This document shows positions 60,706 to 64,000 of a DNA stretch of 64,000 nt, piece by piece. Position 1 is the first letter of the stretch. Each line of letters begins with the position of its first letter. The notes under the pieces were generated by a model. The model made no database searches. It had not been told where the DNA came from and was given only the letters and a program-made list of their open reading frames with translations. Source of the stretch: Polyangiales bacterium (lineage in GTDB: Bacteria; Myxococcota_A; Polyangia; Polyangiales; Polyangiaceae); the NCBI GenBank assembly GCA_038231275.1, contig JBBRLQ010000007.1, forward strand, positions 96,001 through 160,000. Reading direction: 5' to 3'. The translations under genes and the position numbers were made by a program.

Positions 60706-62283
60706 ATGGACGCGTCGCACTTTCAGGAGATCATGATCGCCCCGCGCGCGGTTTTCAACGCGCTGCCCGCGCACGGAGGCAAGCCGCGCTTCATGGTGCA
60801 GACGCCGGAGGGCGGCTGGCGGCCCGTCACCTGGCAAGAGTTCGCAGACCAGATCCGCGACATCGCGCTCATGTTGCAGGCCCGCGGCCTGAAGAGTGGC
60901 GACCGCGCGGCGGTGTTCGCGCACAACTCCGTGGAGTGGGCAGCGAGCGCGCTGGCGATCCAGGCGGCCGGTGGCGTGATGGTGCCAATTTACCCGGCGA
61001 GCACGCCGGCGCAGGCGCTCTACGTCCTCGAGCACTCCGACGCGCGCTTCGTCTTCACGGACAAGGCCTCGCGCATCCCCGCGGGGTGGAAGGGGGACGT
61101 GGTCGCGTTCGAGCCGGCGTCGTGGAAGCACGCGCGCACCGTCGGCGCCGAGGCGCACGCGAAGGATCCCGATCTCTTCACCCGCACGATGCTCGCGGTC
61201 CCGCTCGAGCAGCCGGGGATGATGCTCTACACGAGCGGCACCAGCGGCAACCCCAAGGGCGTGCCCCTCACGCACATGAACGTGGGCGTCAACGGACGCG
61301 ACTGGTTCAACGCGCTCCTCGCGCAGATCGACGAAAATAGCGTGGATCTCCTGTGGCTGCCGATGAGCCACATCTTCGGCTTCGGCGAGATGTGCCTCGG
61401 CAATACGCTCGGCTTCACGACCTACTTGGTGGAGCCCGCGAGCGTCTTTGCGAAGCTCCCGGAGGTGAAGCCGAACGTCTTCATGAGCGTCCCGTCGCAC
61501 TGGGAGAAGATCTCGATCCTCGCCGAGGGCAGCAAAGAGAAGCTCGATCAGATCACCGGCGGTCACTTCAAGTTCTGCCTCTCCGGCGGCGCCGGCCTCA
61601 AGCGCGAGGTGAAGGAGGCGTACCACAAGGCGGGCGTCCTCATCATCGAGGGGTACGGCCTCACCGAGACGTCGCCGACGCTGACCATGAACACGCCCAA
61701 GGCGTTTCGGTTCGACACCGTCGGCAAGCCGTTCCCGAGCGTCGAGGTGAAGCTCGCGGAGGACGGAGAGATCCTGGCGCGCGGCCCCAGCGTCTTCAGC
61801 GGCTACCACAAGGAGCCGGCGGCGACGAAAGAGGCGTTCACCGACGACGGCTGGTTCAAGACCGGCGACGTCGGTCAGTTCACCGAGGACGGCTTCCTCA
61901 AGATCGTCGACCGCAAGAAGGACATCCTGGTGACCGCCGGCGGCAAGAACGTTCCGCCGGCGAACATCGAGCTCCGCTTCCGCGACGATCCGCTCGTTTT
62001 GCACCTTGTCGTATACGGCGATGCAAAAAAGTACCTCGTCGCCGGCGTGTGGCTAAACCCTGACGTCGCCCGCGGTCTGTCGAAGGACGAGATCCAGGCG
62101 AAGGTGCAGGCCACCGTCGACCGCATCAACCGTGAGCTCGCGAGCTTCGAGACGATCAAGAAATTCGCGATCATCGATCACCCGCTCACCGTCGAGGGCG
62201 AGCTCTTGACCGCGTCGCTCAAGGTACGTCGCAAGAAGATCTACGAGACGTTCCGGACCACCTTCGAAGGGCTCTACGCATGA
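60706..62283 (+). CDS. acyl-CoA synthetase (long-chain fatty acid--CoA ligase family)
   Basis: [37 protein letters not shown]. Confidence 0.93.
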   Translation: MDASHFQEIMIAPRAVFNALPAHGGKPRFMVQTPEGGWRPVTWQEFADQIRDIALMLQARGLKSGDRAAVFAHNSVEWAASALAIQAAGGVMVPIYPASTPAQALYVLEHSDARFVFTDKASRIPAGWKGDVVAFEPASWKHARTVGAEAHAKDPDLFTRTMLAVPLEQPGMMLYTSGTSGNPKGVPLTHMNVGVNGRDWFNALLAQIDENSVDLLWLPMSHIFGFGEMCLGNTLGFTTYLVEPASVFAKLPEVKPNVFMSVPSHWEKISILAEGSKEKLDQITGGHFKFCLSGGAGLKREVKEAYHKAGVLIIEGYGLTETSPTLTMNTPKAFRFDTVGKPFPSVEVKLAEDGEILARGPSVFSGYHKEPAATKEAFTDDGWFKTGDVGQFTEDGFLKIVDRKKDILVTAGGKNVPPANIELRFRDDPLVLHLVVYGDAKKYLVAGVWLNPDVARGLSKDEIQAKVQATVDRINRELASFETIKKFAIIDHPLTVEGELLTASLKVRRKKIYETFRTTFEGLYA

Positions 62284-63359
62284 CCCCCCCCGACGAGACG
62301 AAGCGCTGGCGGAACCTGTCGTCGCTGCTCACGAAGCCGCCGCCGCCGGTGGGGACGACGCCGTCCGACGTGGTTCTCAGCGAGAACAAGATGCGCGTGA
62401 TCCGGTACCGGGGAACGCCCACGAAGAAGACGCCGGTGCTCGTCGTCCCGTCGCTCATCAACCGTCACTACGTGCTCGACCTCTTGCCCGGCAAGAGCTT
62501 CGTCGAGTTCATGGTCGCGCAAGGGCACGACGTCTACATGATCGATTGGGGTCGGCCGACGAGCGAGGATCGCTACGTCACCTTCGACGACCTGTGCGAC
62601 GGGTACCTTGGCCGCGCGATCCGCAAGGTCGCGCGCCTCTCGGGGAGCAAGGTGCATCTCCTCGGCTATTGCCTCGGCGGAACGCTGGCCGCGATCCACA
62701 CGGCGAAGAACCCCGAGCACGTGGCGTCGATCGCGCAGCTCGCGGCGCCGGTCAGCTTCGCGGACGACGGGCAGCTCGCCGTGTGGACGCGATCGTCCAC
62801 GTTCGACATCGGATCGGTGTTGGCCGCGTGCGGCAACGTGCCGTCGTGGCTGATGCAAGCCTCCTTCCAAATGCTCCGGCCGACGATGAACCTCTCGAAG
62901 ATCGTGCACCTCGTCGACAAGGCGGGGGACGACGATTTTCTGGAGGGCTTCCGCGCGATCGAGGCGTGGGCGAACGACAACGTCGACTTCCCAGGCGAGG
63001 TCTACCGTCGCTACATCCAGGAGCTGTACCGAGAGGACCGCCTCATCAAGGGGACGTTCCGCCTCGGAGGCGCCCCGGCCCGCCTCGAGTCCATCACGTG
63101 CCCGGTCATGTGCGTCACGTTCGAGCACGATCACATCGTGCCGTGGCGGAGCGCGGCCGTGATGCTCGACAAGGTGTCGTCGATCGACAAGGAGCACCTG
63201 CACCTGCCGGGCGGTCACGTCGGCTCGGTCATCTCCCGCGCCGCGAAGAAACACCTCTGGCCGAAGATCAGCGCCTTCTGGTCATCCCGCCCGCGCGCGA
63301 TCGAGATCCTCGACCCCCCCCTTGCAAATGCTGCGGTGCAACATACAATGCAGGGCTGA
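62280..63359 (+). CDS. phaC: class III PHA synthase subunit PhaC
   Basis: [39 protein letters not shown]; 359 aa; ATGA overlap. Confidence 0.92.
   Translation: MTPPDETKRWRNLSSLLTKPPPPVGTTPSDVVLSENKMRVIRYRGTPTKKTPVLVVPSLINRHYVLDLLPGKSFVEFMVAQGHDVYMIDWGRPTSEDRYVTFDDLCDGYLGRAIRKVARLSGSKVHLLGYCLGGTLAAIHTAKNPEHVASIAQLAAPVSFADDGQLAVWTRSSTFDIGSVLAACGNVPSWLMQASFQMLRPTMNLSKIVHLVDKAGDDDFLEGFRAIEAWANDNVDFPGEVYRRYIQELYREDRLIKGTFRLGGAPARLESITCPVMCVTFEHDHIVPWRSAAVMLDKVSSIDKEHLHLPGGHVGSVISRAAKKHLWPKISAFWSSRPRAIEILDPPLANAAVQHTMQG
63322..63349 (+). promoter_or_regulatory. internal promoter for phaZ containing PhaR-type box 3
   Basis: TTGCAA-N16-TACAAT with TGCTGC-GGT-GCAACA (63329-63343) in the spacer. Confidence 0.7.
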
Positions 63360-63386
63360 ACGGGGTGGGCGAGGACAACCGACGAC

Positions 63387-64000
63387 ATGCTCTACAAGAT
63401 TCACGAGCTACAACGCTCGTTTCTGACCCCGATGGCGGCCTTCGCCGAGCTGAGCGCGCGCGCGTTCGCGGAGGGGCCGCTGGCGGTGCTCCCTTTCGCG
63501 GAGCGCGCGGCCGCCGGGTACGAGCTGCTGTACCGCCTCGGCAAGGAGTACGAGAAGCCTGCGTTCGGTCTCGAGGAGACGACGCTGGACGGACCCTCGG
63601 GCGCGACGGTCGCCGTGCGGGAGCGCGTGGTCGTGGAGAAGCCGTTCTGCCGCCTGCTCCACTTCGAGCGGGACGTCCCCAAGGGCCGGGCAAAAGACCC
63701 CAAGGTGCTCGTGGTCGCGCCGCTCTCGGGCCACCACGCGACGCTCCTCCGCGACACGGTTCGCCAGCTGCTCCATTCACACGACGTCTACGTCACCGAC
63801 TGGATCGACGCGCGCATGGTGCCGCTCTCCAAGGGGCCGTTCCACCTCGACGACTACGTCTCCTACGTGGAGGAGTTCTTGCGACGGCTCGGGCCGGATC
63901 TGCACGTTTTGTCGGTGTGCCAGCCCACGGTGCCGGTCCTCGCGGCGATCGCGCTCATGGCGACGGAGAGCGATCCGAAGCTCCCGCGCACGATGACGAT
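63387..64000 (+). CDS. phaZ: intracellular PHB depolymerase (truncated by the window edge)
   Basis: Translated by hand (absent from the ORF track): MLYKIHE, YEKPAFGL, KPFCRLLHF, VAPLSGHHATLLRDTV, DVYVTDW, SVCQPTVP. Confidence 0.93.
   Translation, partial: MLYKIHELQRSFLTPMAAFAELSARAFAEGPLAVLPFAERAAAGYELLYRLGKEYEKPAFGLEETTLDGPSGATVAVRERVVVEKPFCRLLHFERDVPKGRAKDPKVLVVAPLSGHHATLLRDTVRQLLHSHDVYVTDWIDARMVPLSKGPFHLDDYVSYVEEFLRRLGPDLHVLSVCQPTVPVLAAIALMATESDPKLPRTMT

Overview
A GC-rich, gene-dense bacterial chromosomal segment with about 60 supportable CDSs. Its content (Ser/Thr kinases, PP2C phosphatases, an FHA-sigma54 activator, PEGA, Kelch and Cys-rich lipoproteins) points to Myxococcota, probably Polyangiales; that assignment is an inference. 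Housekeeping genes are hemE-hemH-hemY, frr, glgA, asnS, gatB and an ftsB-like gene. I found no rRNA, tRNA, CRISPR array or transposase. Four things stand out. (1) A PHA locus at 55.0-64.0 kb: phasin-like gene and phaR, then divergently two paralogous lipoproteins, a lipoprotein alpha/beta-hydrolase, an outer-membrane barrel, a ~95-aa mini-PhaE, an acyl-CoA ligase, class III phaC and phaZ. Three TGYTGC-N3-GCA boxes link it, and it looks like a surface-hydrolysis, import, activation and polymerisation system. (2) A carrier-protein servicing cluster at 33.7-39.6 kb: Sfp-type PPTase, PptH-like hydrolase, MbtH-like protein and type II thioesterase, interleaved with phospho-Thr signalling genes and a sigma54 promoter, with no NRPS/PKS in the window. 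(3) An RlmC/RlmD-like methyltransferase fused to an RluA-like pseudouridine synthase. (4) Two split B12 acyl-CoA mutase large subunits with different specificity residues. All family calls come from motif recognition by eye; no searches were run, and start codons were picked manually.
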